Shown: piece by piece, positions 41,736-54,496 of the stretch
How the letters are laid out: the number at the start of each line of letters is the position of its first letter
Numbering within the stretch: position 1 is the first letter of the stretch
Notes under the pieces: model-generated
Database searches by the model: none
Seen by the model: the letters and a program-made list of their open reading frames with translations, nothing else
What the model was told of the DNA's origin: nothing
Assembly: GCA_964016885.1 (NCBI GenBank)
Contig: OZ024741.1
Coordinates: 108,810,001 to 108,874,000, forward strand
Length of the DNA stretch: 64,000 bases
Direction of reading: 5' to 3'
Source: Eledone cirrhosa
Lineage: Eukaryota
Translations under genes and position numbers: made by a program

Positions 41736-41740
<5 letters not shown>
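41005..41740 (+). pseudogene. 5'-truncated PLE: decayed GIY-YIG C-terminus, HHR-like motif (41505-41552) and family G tail
   Basis: Plus-strand translation TRNVVCSIRCTE..TYIGET and RQIRKATEIELRRPKLNRKNEW. Then CTGATGA-tgttgca(gatg)tgtgac-GAAA, and the tail ATGACCCTCGCCAAGTATA running into (TA)n. Confidence 0.7.
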
Positions 41741-41827
<87 letters not shown>

Positions 41828-42069
41828 TTGTGTAATTAAACAAAACAATGTGTGATTAAACAAAATAATGTTATATGATACTTCGTTCCCGCTCCTTATT
41901 AATATTATTAACACTCTGCTTCTTCTGGAAACCGACTACATTGAAATACCAAACGTTGAATACAATCGTCGACAGCCGGTCTTGTATAATGAGTTGTCAA
42001 ACTGGTTAACCAATAGTAACTAAACGTTATACACGAATACACTATATATATATATGTATATATATATGT

Positions 42070-45000
42070 ATCTATGTTATCCCTTTCTCTTAATTTCGAG
42101 TATATTTTTTTGGACCGGCCACCTTCCTGGTGGCAAGGTTGTAAAAGAAAAGAAATTGTCATCCCTTGAATCGCAAGAATGTTTTGCAAATTTTGAAGGT
42201 GCCAGCTATCGCAGCCATTTGTAGACTATGAATTAGGAAGCTGCGCTTTTTGTCCGCAAATCCAAGTTCAGTCATACTTTGGTCCAAGCGGGTTGGTATA
42301 TAACCCGTAGCTCCAATAATGATGGGTATGAAGCTAAAGGTGTATCTTGGATACTGGATTTGTAAACTCCTCATCAATAGTCCGTAGATGTTCTCCTTCT
42401 CCTGTATTTTTCTGACAACGTTTACCTCAAGTGGGCAGCTGATCTCCACAACAGAACACGTTTTCAATGTGTGGTCCCAAACTACAATATCAGGCTTGTG
42501 CTTTAATTTGGTGGCAGTTTTTATTTTCAGGTTCCAAGAGTATTCCTTAGTGCCATCTGTCTCAATATATTCTTCCTCGTTTGTTGTTAATTTTGTTTTC
42601 CGAAGTGCGTTCCAGATGGTTCTAGCTATCCCATCGTGTCTCATGGGGAGGTAGTAGCGAGATGACATTCTTTCGCAGCTGGCAACAATGTGGCTTGCAT
42701 CCTCGATCTTTGTTTTACATAGCCTACATTTATTGTCAGCTGCTGGCCCTCCTCTTTTGTGCAGCAGATATTTGGTAGGGAGTTCTTGTTCCTGTATTGC
42801 ATAGAGATATCCCTCAAGGTGTGATGTCATAAACTTGTCGGAACTCCATGCCAGGCTTTTTGAGTGGTTTATCCCCTCTATGGTCTGTGTTTTACGTCTC
42901 AAGTATCCATGCACAACTTTTTCTGTAAATTGGTCAATTTTTTATCTTGTTTGAACATTGAATAGGATCTTCCGATTTCTCTGGGTGACAGATTTATATC
43001 AGGCTTTATTCCATATCTCTCCTCCAGATCAGTCGCTATTCTAATGATATTTTTTTTATCATGCTCATAAACCTGGGCAAGATGGTTGCCAACCCTTTTT
43101 CTCTGTTGAAGGTGTTGCTTCAGTGTTACTATCCGGGTCTCATATGTTATTAATATTGATTTTAGACGCCGGCCACCTTCCTTGCGTGAGAAGTATAGCC
43201 TATCCACATCACCATTGATGTTAAAGTTCCCAGTAACACTGACAAGTTTGCGAGTTCTAACATCCATCTCACTTAGTTCTTGCAATGACCAGTTCAGCAG
43301 GCCAAATGTTGGCGTTAGAATTGGCACAGCATAAGTATTGAATGCAATGTATTTGTTGTACGCTGACAGTTCTGATGACCATATTTGCTTTACTCTTCTG
43401 AGGTATTCAGTTCTGGTTCTGTCTTTATTTATAGTTCCATCATATCTGACATTCTCATCCTGTCCAAGATATCTGTAGTTGTCACCTGACTGTAGTGGTT
43501 GTATTGTCAGGCCGTTCATCTCTAGATTTCTAGAGGAGGGCACAGCTCTTCCACGTTTTACTGCCAAATATGCACTCTTGGACTCACCAAATTTCATTTT
43601 GATGTCGGTTGAAAATTGTGTAATGAGGTCCAATTGTTTCTTGATGTCATTGATATTTGGCCAATACAACTTCAGGTCATCAACAAAGAAAAGATGGGAG
43701 ATACTTCTGGACCCACTTCTTTGTCCACCTTGTTTCCTGAGTAGGTAAGATAGTGGATTCAGTGAGAGAACGAAGAGTAGCACTGACAAGCTATCACCCT
43801 GAAAGATGCCCTTCTGGTAATGTATCTTATCAGTCTTAACTTGCTCCTTCTCACCTCTAAGGATCAAATTGGTGTACCAGTTCTTCGTCAGGCGTTCAAC
43901 AGCAGCTACCAATGGTTGTGGGACTTTGGCTAACTGTAAAGCCTTTTATAATCCACCCATGAGGTACACTATCATATGCTTTTTGATAGTCCAGCCACAC
44001 CACAGTCATGTTTTTGCGATACTTTGTTGTTTTTTCCTGAATCATTTTGTTAGTTAGTAGGTGATCTATGCAACCCCACACCTCCCTCTTTCCACCAGCT
44101 TGCTCAGGTGTTATGATGTTGTTGGTAGCACAGTGATCCTGTAAGAACAGGTTAAGGCACCCAGTATATAATTTATACATGATGTTTTGGCAGGCTATTG
44201 GGAGGTAATTGTTAGCAAGGGTGGTTTGGCTATTTTTAGGAATGAGGAGAGTAGTGGCAGTTGATAACCATCTGGGCAGTTCTTGTGTGCCTTTAATGGT
44301 TTCTGTAAACAGCCGTATGAGATCTTGCCGATAGAAAGTGAAATTCTTCAACCAGTATCCTGTAATGAGGTCTGGGCCTGGCGATCTCCTATTCGACATT
44401 TTCTGTAGAGCTTTTTCCAGTATTGACCCATCTATGCCATATTGTTTTGTCTGGACATGTTGGCAGTAGTCCTGTTCCAGTTCTTTTAGCCAATTAGTTT
44501 GTCTGTTGAATCCGTCATCCGTTTCCCATACAGATCTCCAGTAGCTCTCAACCTGTTCTTTTGAAGGGGTGTCATTTACAGGGATTGAGCTTTTGTCACC
44601 GAAGCTGCGATAAACTGATTTAGGATCTCTGGCAAACAATCTATTTAGCACTTGTCGTTTATGTGCTGTTGACTTATATTTTAGTCTTTCTGTTGTAGCT
44701 GTGAGTTGTTGTTTCAACTGGTGTAATTTGGAGTTCAAAGTTTTAAATTTTGTATCTCCAAATCGTCTCTCTAACTTTTTTTTTAGGTCTTGCCGGTGTC
44801 GTGTGAAGTTGCTCTCTATGGTGCATTTCATAACGACTGCGATGTGTGAGATTCTTCGTTTCAGGGACAAAATTTTGCTTTTTAAATTTCGCATCCACGC
44901 TGGTTCAGGCTTTCTGTTTGTATCTTGATTGCGTGTTTTTAGATGTGTGTTATATGATAGCAATGTGACAGCTGAAACATATATCAAAATATTAAGCGTT

Positions 45001-46280
45001 TCAAATGTCGTTTCTACACGTATAGCCTTCAGATAATTGCCAGCTATTTCGTTCACCGCTTCCAATTCCAATTTAATGGGTTCTTTACTGATTCTGGTGT
45101 TGTATGGTCTGTCACTCACATTAAGGCTGTGTATCTTTTGAAACGTATCGTTCCTTATCACTTGTAAGGTGTCCACAAGTTTTTGGTGTTCTGTTTGTTC
45201 AGTAGAGTCATGAATTTCAGCCTCGTTGTCGATGTGGTGACAATTACTACTAGAGTTAGCTGACCTTTCTCGCTGTTCTTCAGTGGAAGTGGGATGGATT
45301 TCAGCAAAATTGTTGGTGATTAGATTTAGCTGGCCATTCTCTTTGTCTGTCAGTGGAGGTGGGTGGTTGTCTACAAGGGCTGTATTTGTAGTATCACTCA
45401 ATTCCGTTAGATGTATCAATTTACATCTAATGATACGTTTTACCTGTCCATTTAAATGCTTTGGAGAAAAGTCTAATTCTGGGTGTTTGGAGTTCCATAA
45501 AGTTTTTAGCCTTTGCATAAAACCAAACTTTTGGGGTTCAGATTGTTTATATGCTTCATATAATTCTTTGTTAAGCTCGTAGCTCCACTGTATACAACGG
45601 TTGTAGTTGCGATTTGGTCGAAGGAGACTTGTACTTTTTGCCATGATGAGTTCGTCTATTCACTAATATTTAGTATTTATTTTTCAAAATAGACGATGAT
45701 CTTCTTTAAAAGTTTCGACAAAGTTCTGTCAGAATTAAATTTAAAGTTATTCACAGCTTGGGTAATATTTCTTTTCAGTTAGTTTTTAATTCTACAACTA
45801 TGTTTTAAACGTTGTTCTTGAATCGTTTGAATCGAGAACAAAAAGAACCGTTACTTAGTATATTTCTTTATGAATGTAATATAATATAACAACGCTGTAT
45901 TTATATGTTAAAGTTTATGTATCATTCATATAAACAGGTGTTCTACAACTTATTCACAACATATTCACAGTTCAAACACTTATGTTTTTGTTTCTGAATC
46001 GAAAACGTTACTTGTATATTCTTTTATAAATGTAATATAACAACGTAGCATTTATATGTTAAAGTGTATGTATCGTTCATATATCATAAGTGTATGTATC
46101 GTTCATATAAATAGGTGTTTTACAACACACTTACAGTTCAAACACTTATGTAGAATTATTGTATGTAATCTTACCACGTAATGTAGCAGCTCAACTTTTT
46201 CCAATATATGGTATGTTGCCTTCATGTAAGCCGTAATTACACACGTCCGGTTATCGGACACTGACCACAACGGTCGCCAT
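42070..46280 (-). mobile_element. R4/Dong-like non-LTR retrotransposon (RT + restriction-like endonuclease), near full length, two frameshifts
   Basis: ORFs 43896-45644, 42899-43912 and 42159-42914 join into one ~1160-aa protein with SPGPD, WLDYQKAYDSVPH, GIFQGDSLS, FFVDDLKLY, CRLC..H...C, RHD and KPDIVVWD..EISCP..K motifs. The 5' boundary is approximate. Confidence 0.9.
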
Positions 46281-47359
46281 TATGTATGTATGTATGTATG
46301 TATGTATGTATGTATGTATGTATGTATGTATGTATGTATGTATGTATGAATGTGTGTATTATGTATGTAGGTATGTTCTTCTGGTTTTATAATTTTAGAA
46401 ATGTTTGCCAATAGAGAGAGTTGTTTTCTAACATAGTTACAAGACTCTCTCATTGGAATTTACACAACATCAACTAGGTAGATATGTATGCATGTCTGCA
46501 TGTGTGTGCAGCAGGGATGTTATTGTATGCGTGGATGTGGATATTTTGAGTTGTAAATATGCATGTGCATATGTATTGCATCTGTACAAGTGTATATATG
46601 CAGTTATTAGATGCACAATTTCTGGAATGTCTTACATATTTTTACTGTTCCATTAATGGATTGTACTTGTAATTTCCTAACTAATCACGTATGTATGTAT
46701 GTATGCATGTATGTACGTATGTATGTTTGTTCGTTTGTTTGTATGTATATATGTATGCATGGATGTAGGTATGTATGTTTGTATGTATGTATGTTTTTTT
46801 GTATGTATATATGTATATATGTATGTATGCGTGCATGTATGTCTATATGTATCTATTCTCCTATTTGAAACAGAAAATAACCCAGAATAGCTCGGAATGG
46901 TTTCATCTGGAGGCCGCTATTCGACAAAATATAAATAAGAATGTAATGACGTCATTTCACATCATCTGCACACACACACACACGCTCCCACACGTATACC
47001 CATACATATACAAGCACACAAGCACGTGAATTTGATTGAGTCTATTTGTGAACATGCAGACAGTTTGTTTGTTTACGTTTCCGTACAAATCCATGAAAAT
47101 ATTACTTAAAATGCTAGCTTGCGTTTAAAATGTTTTTAATATATGTTTATATATGATAATATATATCTAGCTCTAGGAAGTGAAAACATTCTGGTAACAA
47201 GAGACATCAATTTAAATTTAGATAAATGTTTAACTTTGTACACATGTGATCGTTTTCTTCAAAATCTGTTAAATATCTGTTTCGTGTACACTGAAATGCA
47301 CACACACAAACACACACACATACACACAGACAGAGACACGCACACATACTACTCACACT

Positions 47360-47404
<45 letters not shown>

Positions 47405-47514
47405 ATGTATTATATGTATATTTATATATAAGTGAACCTAATACTAACACTTTGTACTGCACTCTTCGTTATTGTTTTTGTTTTATGTTTTAACTTATAT
47501 ATATATATATATAT

Positions 47515-47710
47515 AGGTAGAACACTGGAAGGTAATATCCGTAGTGGTAGAGCACTCAGTCCATGGGACGAGTTTGGTAGAAGTAGTAACAACAGTTAGT
47601 TCACCATACCGAGAACAATTGTTTCACCTTATGCGGATCTTCAGCTCGGACCAGTCCGCATAAGGTGAAACAATTGTTCTCGGTATGGTGAACTAACTGT
47701 TGTGTTACTA

Positions 47711-47713
<3 letters not shown>
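47515..47713. mobile_element. Fold-back HHR element in (TA)n; tail also at 7877-7965
   Basis: Arms 47580-47637 / 47655-47713. Confidence 0.75.
47609..47649 (-). ncRNA. Minimal type I hammerhead ribozyme
   Basis: ccgag-CTGAAGA-tcc(gcataa)ggt-GAAA-caattg-TT-ctcgg. Palindromic ACAATTGT stem III. Confidence 0.85.
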
Positions 47714-47753
<40 letters not shown>

Positions 47754-47758
47754 TACTA

Positions 47759-47803
<45 letters not shown>

Positions 47804-47875
47804 AGAGAGACAGAGAGAAAGAGAGAGAGAGATAGAGAGAGACAGAGAGATAAAGAGAGAGAGAGAGAGAGAGAT

Positions 47876-47927
<52 letters not shown>

Positions 47928-49261
47928 ATGGCCATACGTTTAAAACTCCTGGTTAAAATTTTAAATATCAATTATTGCACATTATTGCACCATCCATTTT
48001 GTTATTTTAAAAATACTTACAATAGATTCAATTTGTCGTTATTTTGATATTTGTTTAACAGTTGTCTCCTAGTTTGAAGAATATTTATTTGTTCTAAATG
48101 ATTGTTTTTGTCATGCGTAAAGATACTTCAGACATAGCAAAAATCCGTCATTTTATGAGTTGACAGAGACATTCCCTTTACGACACAGATTACTCACAAC
48201 ATAAAATCCCTAGGCTGTAGGAAGACAACAGTTCATAATGTTATTAACAAATACCAAATAGGTTTCTCATGTTCTGACAAAAATAGCAATTGTCGCCCAG
48301 AAACCTCTAGAGATGTTTGTATGATCAACAACATTGGGACCCTTTCTCCAATATATTTATGATTAGAGAGTTCATGTGTCTTTATCGTTTACTAGATTTT
48401 CAATCATCGAAAATTTACATGGCTGGCGAGATATTAAATGTGGGTTCATTCTATGAATTTATAATTTCTGAATGATGAAATTATCCTTGAAAATAATTAC
48501 AATTCGATATTTTTAGATGTGTTGAAAGGTCGACACCAATATCAGAAATCCGGTTCCGATGCAGCATGTGTGTTGGGAAATTATCATGACCCAGGAAAAG
48601 AATACAGTGAATCGATCAACAAATCTGGTGCTTCCCTAAAAAAAAAACATCATCCAGGTGCCAGGCATTATATATATTTATAGTCATATATAAAAGAAAG
48701 TTTTGAAATTTTTGTACACAACGAGACTGTGTGTTTATTAAACATGCATATGTAAATCTATTTAAAAGTCTTCATCAGTTAAACCACACACAATTCAATC
48801 TTTAAAACACAAGGTAATTAATGCTTAAAATTTAGAAAAAACATAAATGAACCTGAATTGAAATTTATTGAAATTTTACAATTTTATTTATTTTTCTAAA
48901 TTTGAACATTAGAAGTAAAACTTACTATATTATAACAGATGCAGAATCTGTTAAATGGAAATTACTAACATGTATGGACAAGTTGGAAGGAATTTGGCGT
49001 TAAGTTGGTTAGAATGGGGCAGAATTCCAAATGTTTAATAGGTATGGGATTAGAGAAACTTGTGAATATTTTTTAAACAGTTGAAAATGATTTATTTTAA
49101 CATGGAATATTTCATTTGCACACTATTCCAAAAGTATTACGTACAACAAATTCGATAATTCTCAAAACATTGCACAGTTTCTTAGTGAAATATGAAACTG
49201 AGATTCTTTTTCAAATTCAACATCGTGTTTTATTGTTCTTCAGCGTTGTTCAACAACACAC

Positions 49262-49352
<91 letters not shown>

Positions 49353-49949
49353 CACACACAGATATGTATATATATATTATCTTTCCGCTACTGAATAATC
49401 ACAACCATAACACTCACGGGGATACAAACATACCCACAATCTTCCCCCACAATCTTCCCCCACACACGCGGAAATACACGCACATGCGTAAAAACAATAG
49501 AAACAAGTCAAATACTCAAGGAATGACACCCTCACACACATTCATTCAACACAGACGTGATAATACTCACACACACACAATCTTACACACTCTCAAACAT
49601 AGATACTACAGAACCTCACGTAAACGTCCACACACAAAAAATCTAAATACACACGGACATACACACACACATACACACATACCAGTGTGCGCACATCAAC
49701 TTTAGAAGACTCCGGGAAAACCACGTTACCACACACACACATAGACTGTAGCCACCCATATCTTCGGTACGTACACACACGCTCACAACCACATCCATGA
49801 CTCCCTCGTACCCTCCACTCTGGCCTCCGAGGCTGGACCTTTCACCAGCCCACACTGTCTATCTTTCTCCTCCCAACCCCTTTATTTTCTGAACTTCCTT
49901 TACCATCCTTCTCTACTCAAACTTATATTCCTTATGCCCTTATCCGAAC

Positions 49950-49985
49950 ATTCTTGAAGAAGGAATTCTGTCCGAAACGTTGAAA
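49950..49985 (+). ncRNA. Minimal PLE-type hammerhead motif, degenerate
   Basis: ttc-TTGAAGA-agga(attctg)tcc-GAAA-cg-TT-gaa, about 85 nt upstream of a (TA)n tract. Confidence 0.5.
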
Positions 49986-50064
49986 TCTCCTCCATGTCCT
50001 CCAAGCGCGAACCTAACATAACTACGCAATTTTGCTTTTTGTGTTTTGTTTTGTTTCATTTATG

Positions 50065-50118
<54 letters not shown>

Positions 50119-50275
50119 ACTGCTGTTTCTTGTAAACAGTCATTCGTCTCATTCTGACGTCACTAGCCATGTTCTCCATGTGTGTTTATTATCTTAATTC
50201 CACACGAGGTGTAACTAGCCTGCTTTTAAATTCCCTTCTGGCATATTTTAGCAGTAGATTTGGTTATCGTGTTGA

Positions 50276-50356
50276 GCTCTACTGATGAACGACTCCAACC
50301 GTGACTAACCCCACTGAAAAGTTTCGTGAAATAGTCTTTTTAAGACTATATAGAGC
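50276..50356 (+). ncRNA. Type I hammerhead ribozyme with a true hairpin stem III
   Basis: gctcta-CTGATGA-acga...tcgt-GAAA-tagtctt(ttt)aagacta-TA-tagagc. Confidence 0.85.
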
Positions 50357-50601
50357 ATTTGTAGATTTTTCCAAATTGAAGGATAAGTATTTACTCTTAA
50401 TTTTATTCTGATTTAAGATTCTATTGGTTTTTTCCCTGGATTACACAAAATCTGTGGATAACATTTTTGTCTTGACTTTTTTGAATTGCAATTGAATTAT
50501 TTTCCCATATCTTACGTTAAATATTTTCCATCTTGACGTAATAGTCACTTATATGTATGAATTACTGTTGGCTTCTTGCTCACATTAATTTCTCTATTTT
50601 C

Positions 50602-50657
<56 letters not shown>

Positions 50658-50658
50658 A

Positions 50659-50750
<92 letters not shown>

Positions 50751-50782
50751 AGAGAGTGAGAGAGAGAGAAATGGAGAGAGAG

Positions 50783-51050
50783 AGAACATGGCTTATTGGT
50801 TAGAGTGTTAAGTTCACAATGGTAAGGCCGTGAGCTCGATTCGCGGACCGGGTGGTTCGTTTTGTTCTTGAACATAATTTATCTCACGTTATTCCAGTTC
50901 ACTCAACTGGCAAAATGAAATATCCCTCTACTTCAAGGAGCCAGGCTTGCTTTTCAAACATTGTGTCAGGTTGAATCTCCCTGGAAACTACGTGTATGTA
51001 TCTGTGAAATGGTCAGTTATTTACTCGTTAATTTCACGAGCAGACACATT
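50783..51050 (+). mobile_element. SINE family 2, diverged
   Basis: TGGCTTATTGGTTAG...GAGCTCGATTC...GTTCTTGAACA. Confidence 0.65.
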
Positions 51051-51236
51051 TGCATACCGAGCGAGTTGCATAGAGTTGCAAAGTGGCATAGAGGTGAACA
51101 GTCCTGATGAAGGGTAATGACAGAGAAACATGTTGAGTATTCCCCGATGCTACTGTTGAACAAACAGATTACGATTGGTCATCAAGGCAAAAACGAAGCT
51201 TAGTTGGGCCGTTTGCTTGCAAGCGAATCGAATATT

Positions 51237-51433
51237 GGTGGATTGGCAGTATGAGTAGCGAGTCGGACGCCATATGCTTTGCAACAAAGAGTTACGGCCC
51301 TTTATGGTCTGAGTTCAAATGCCGCCGAGGTTAACTTTGCCTTTCATCCTTAAGGAGTCGATGAAATAAAGTACCAGTAATGCACTGGAATAATTGCTGG
51401 CCTTGTGCCAAAAGTAGAAACAATTATTATTAT
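51237..51433 (+). mobile_element. SINE family 1
   Basis: Matches 19611-19795. Confidence 0.85.
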
Positions 51434-51903
51434 TCGATACAATCCATACGTACATATGTATATATGTGTGTGTGCGTGTGTGTATATATATATATATATA
51501 TAAAGGTTATCATATACATAAAATTAAATTAAAGATATATATATGTTGCAACTGTTCACTTTTACTGTTCACATAATATCTGATTGATTCTATAGACATG
51601 ATTTATGATATATATATATATATATATGTGTGTGTATATGTATATATGTGTGTGTGTATATATATATATGTGTACGTATGCATAGTTACATTTATATATC
51701 TACTATGCTAGAGCGAGTAATACAATTCTAATCTTATTTATATATATATTTGTGTTTGTTTGTGTGTGTGTGTATATATATATATATATTAATAAGAGGA
51801 ATTCCAACTTTGACTGATTTACTCGTTTTATTTACAATCCTTTAAAATTTATAATGGTATTATAATGAAATAGTATGATAGAATATTAAATTCTAAGTGT
51901 TAA

Positions 51904-51944
51904 TTGAACAAGTACTTTCATGCTTTCGCAATCTTCAGGTTCAT
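51904..51944 (-). ncRNA. PLE pseudo-LTR hammerhead ribozyme
   Basis: tgaac-CTGAAGA-ttgc(gaaa)gcat-GAAA-gtac-TT-gttca. Confidence 0.8.
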
Positions 51945-52331
51945 AATATGTGGTGACAGTCAAGTTTGCAATTTTCAACTGTAATAAGATGGGTAAATTT
52001 CCTACCTTTTATACATTTTATACAGGGAAAAGTGGCTCCAGAATGCTAAGCCCTGCAAACTGTATTTCGACCAATCAGTGTGTAGTTTCACTTAATTACT
52101 AAAGCTGATTGGTTTAAGCGTCACGGCTGGTTGAGCATGTCTAACGACCAATAATTAATCATATCCAAAGCATCAATTGTTTTGCTATTTTTAGAAATGA
52201 TGAAAATAGCATTTTCTTTTAATCATCACCATCAACATCACTTTTATTATTATTATTATTATTATTATTGTTGTTGTTGTTGTTAGTGGTCGTAGTCATG
52301 GTGGTAGTAGAAGTAATACACCTAAGCGTTA

Positions 52332-54164
52332 TTATTGTTCATTTAAATTGGGTTTGAATTTTTCAATAAAATTCTTTTCTTTGATTTTTCTCTTGATTTC
52401 ACTTGGGCTGTGTAATTTGTAGAATGGGAATATTATAAATATTCCCTGACCACATGTTGCTAGATGGTTACTTAGGGGTATCTGACGGACATTTGGGTCT
52501 CTGATTTGTTGACGGTGTACCCGTGCACGTTCCAATAGTGCATTTCCAGTTTGACCGACATATAGTTCTTCACAATTCGGGCATTTAATGCAGTAAATTA
52601 GATTTCTGCTTTTGCAGTTTATATTTGCATTTGGGAATATTTTTCCAGTTTTTGTTTTCATATATTGACCGGCGTGTATGGGTTGACATGTGCCGCATCG
52701 ACTATCATTGCATTTAGATACAGTGAATGATTGGTCTTTGTTGTTAAGGTCAAACTTTACTTTTGTTAGTAATTGCTTCAAATTTTTTGACTGTCTTTTA
52801 CTAAGAGTCAAAGATCGATCTGTGATTAAGCCTTTTAATTCATTACTTTGAGCAATGATCGGTAGGTTTGCTTTGGCAGTGTTGAAGATATTCTGGTGAC
52901 ATGTGTTGTGTGTCATTATAAATGGTAAGACCAGTTCTTGGTTTCTTCTTCCTTGGGTTGTCCTAAGTTGTTGTATAGGTATTTTTATAGCCCGCTGTAT
53001 GCCATTTTCTATAAGTAGAGATGGGTATTTTTGTTTGAGCAAAAATTCTCTTAGTTCTGTTAGGCGTTTGTACCTGGTATTCGTATCTTCTACAATGGTA
53101 CAAATTCTTCTGGCTAGGCAGTATGGGATGTTGCGTTTTGTATGAGGTGGATGGCACAACTTAAAATTCAGATATTGATGGGTGTCTGTGTGTTTATAAT
53201 ATATATCCGTGGTAATGGTGGTGTCGTTTTTGATTATCATTATATCTAGAAATGGTAATTTGGTCCTACTCATCTCTTTTGTGAATTGGAGAGATTGGTG
53301 TAGGTTATTCAGGAGGATATTGAACTCATCCAGAGTATCTAAAGATTCTGTCCAGATGATGAAACAGTCGTCAAGGTATCTCTTCCAAGATTTTTCAATG
53401 TACTTTCTAAAGTCAGTACTATATTTTTCCTCTATTTCTTGGTAGAGTTGTTGTTCTAAGTATCCCATTACAGAGTTCGCGTAAACGGGAGCAAACTTCG
53501 TTCCCATCACTGTGCCTCTAATTTGGATGTAATTCTTTCCATTGAAGAAGAAAGTGTTGTTTTCCAGAATAAGTTTAACTGCGTCTAATATAAATGGCGC
53601 TGTGAATCTGATGGGAATCACTTCTCTATGTTTTTCCACCCAGTATGTAACCGCCTTTATTCGTAAATCATGTGTAATGTTGGTGTAAAGGCTTACCACA
53701 TCAAAACTGAGTAGAAGTGAATTTGTTTCCGTGGTTTTGGGAAGATGGGACAGGAAGTCGATATCATCCCGGATGAAACTGGGTATGTGAATACATAGTG
53801 GTTTCAAAATAATGTCAACAAAATTGCTTAGACGGTGAGTGGGGCATGTTGGACCAGCTATAATAGGTCTAAGTTTTAAGTCTTTTGGGTGTAATAATTT
53901 AATGTACTCACTGTTTTGTTCTCTTACTGCCAGTTGTATTTCTTTTGACTTATGAACTTTCGGTAGGCCATACAGGTTGCTGGGTTTCGGCTCAAAATTG
54001 GTGGTGTAGTCTCTTTCCTTATCAGTAAGTGAGTTGTGGTATTTTGAAGCCAAGTTTTTGATCTTCTTCATGATGTTGTGGTCTATATTTGACGGTATTT
54101 CATGATAGAATGTTGTGTCTTTCAGTTGTTCCTCAACCAAATCCTTGTAGTATTCAGTATCCAT
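52332..54164 (-). CDS. Penelope-like (Neptune-type) reverse transcriptase + Cys-rich linker + GIY-YIG endonuclease, 610 aa, N-terminally truncated
   Basis: LYGLPKVHK, LRPII, FDVVSLYTNI, GTVMGT, RYLDD, LPFLD, CNDSRCGTC and NLIYCIKCPNC..LYVGQT motifs. Confidence 0.92.
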   Translation of the reverse strand: MDTEYYKDLVEEQLKDTTFYHEIPSNIDHNIMKKIKNLASKYHNSLTDKERDYTTNFEPKPSNLYGLPKVHKSKEIQLAVREQNSEYIKLLHPKDLKLRPIIAGPTCPTHRLSNFVDIILKPLCIHIPSFIRDDIDFLSHLPKTTETNSLLLSFDVVSLYTNITHDLRIKAVTYWVEKHREVIPIRFTAPFILDAVKLILENNTFFFNGKNYIQIRGTVMGTKFAPVYANSVMGYLEQQLYQEIEEKYSTDFRKYIEKSWKRYLDDCFIIWTESLDTLDEFNILLNNLHQSLQFTKEMSRTKLPFLDIMIIKNDTTITTDIYYKHTDTHQYLNFKLCHPPHTKRNIPYCLARRICTIVEDTNTRYKRLTELREFLLKQKYPSLLIENGIQRAIKIPIQQLRTTQGRRNQELVLPFIMTHNTCHQNIFNTAKANLPIIAQSNELKGLITDRSLTLSKRQSKNLKQLLTKVKFDLNNKDQSFTVSKCNDSRCGTCQPIHAGQYMKTKTGKIFPNANINCKSRNLIYCIKCPNCEELYVGQTGNALLERARVHRQQIRDPNVRQIPLSNHLATCGQGIFIIFPFYKLHSPSEIKRKIKEKNFIEKFKPNLNEQ

Positions 54165-54250
54165 TATAACAACTGCACCCCTTTATCTGCTTGTTTAATT
54201 ATTATTGTTTTATCAGTTGAACATTGCAAACTTGACTGTCACCACATATT

Positions 54251-54291
54251 ATGAACCTGAAGATTGGGAAAGCATGAAAGTACTTGTTCAA
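54251..54291 (+). ncRNA. PLE pseudo-LTR hammerhead ribozyme, with a C>G change weakening stem II
   Basis: CTGAAGA-ttgg(gaaa)gcat-GAAA-gtac-TT-gttca. Confidence 0.65.
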
Positions 54292-54496
54292 TTAACACTT
54301 AGAATTTAATATTCTTTCATACTATTTCATTATAATACCATTATAAATTTTAAAGGATTGTAAATAAAACGAGTAAATCAGACAAAGTTGGAATTCCTCT
54401 TATTAATATAATCTTCTATACACAATCATACACACCCGTGTATATTTACCTATCTATATATATATATATATATATTCCTATTGTGTATATGCCAAC

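Larger units (their letters stand above)
51788..54214 (-). mobile_element. 5'-truncated inverted copy of the Penelope-like element, with pseudo-LTR
   Basis: Reverse complement of about 56196-58628. Confidence 0.92.

Noticed and set aside
46150-46280. HDV-like ribozyme at the 5' end of the R4/Dong-like element (also considered for 19380-19475)
   Set aside because: I could not build the nested double pseudoknot by eye.
51100-51140. CTGATGA...GAAACATGTT hammerhead-like motif; similar partial motifs at 6410-6552, 7055-7110, 33272-33305, 37172-37205 and 61925-61990
   Set aside because: Stem I or II does not pair convincingly or the core is incomplete. Possibly decayed HHRs, but not counted.
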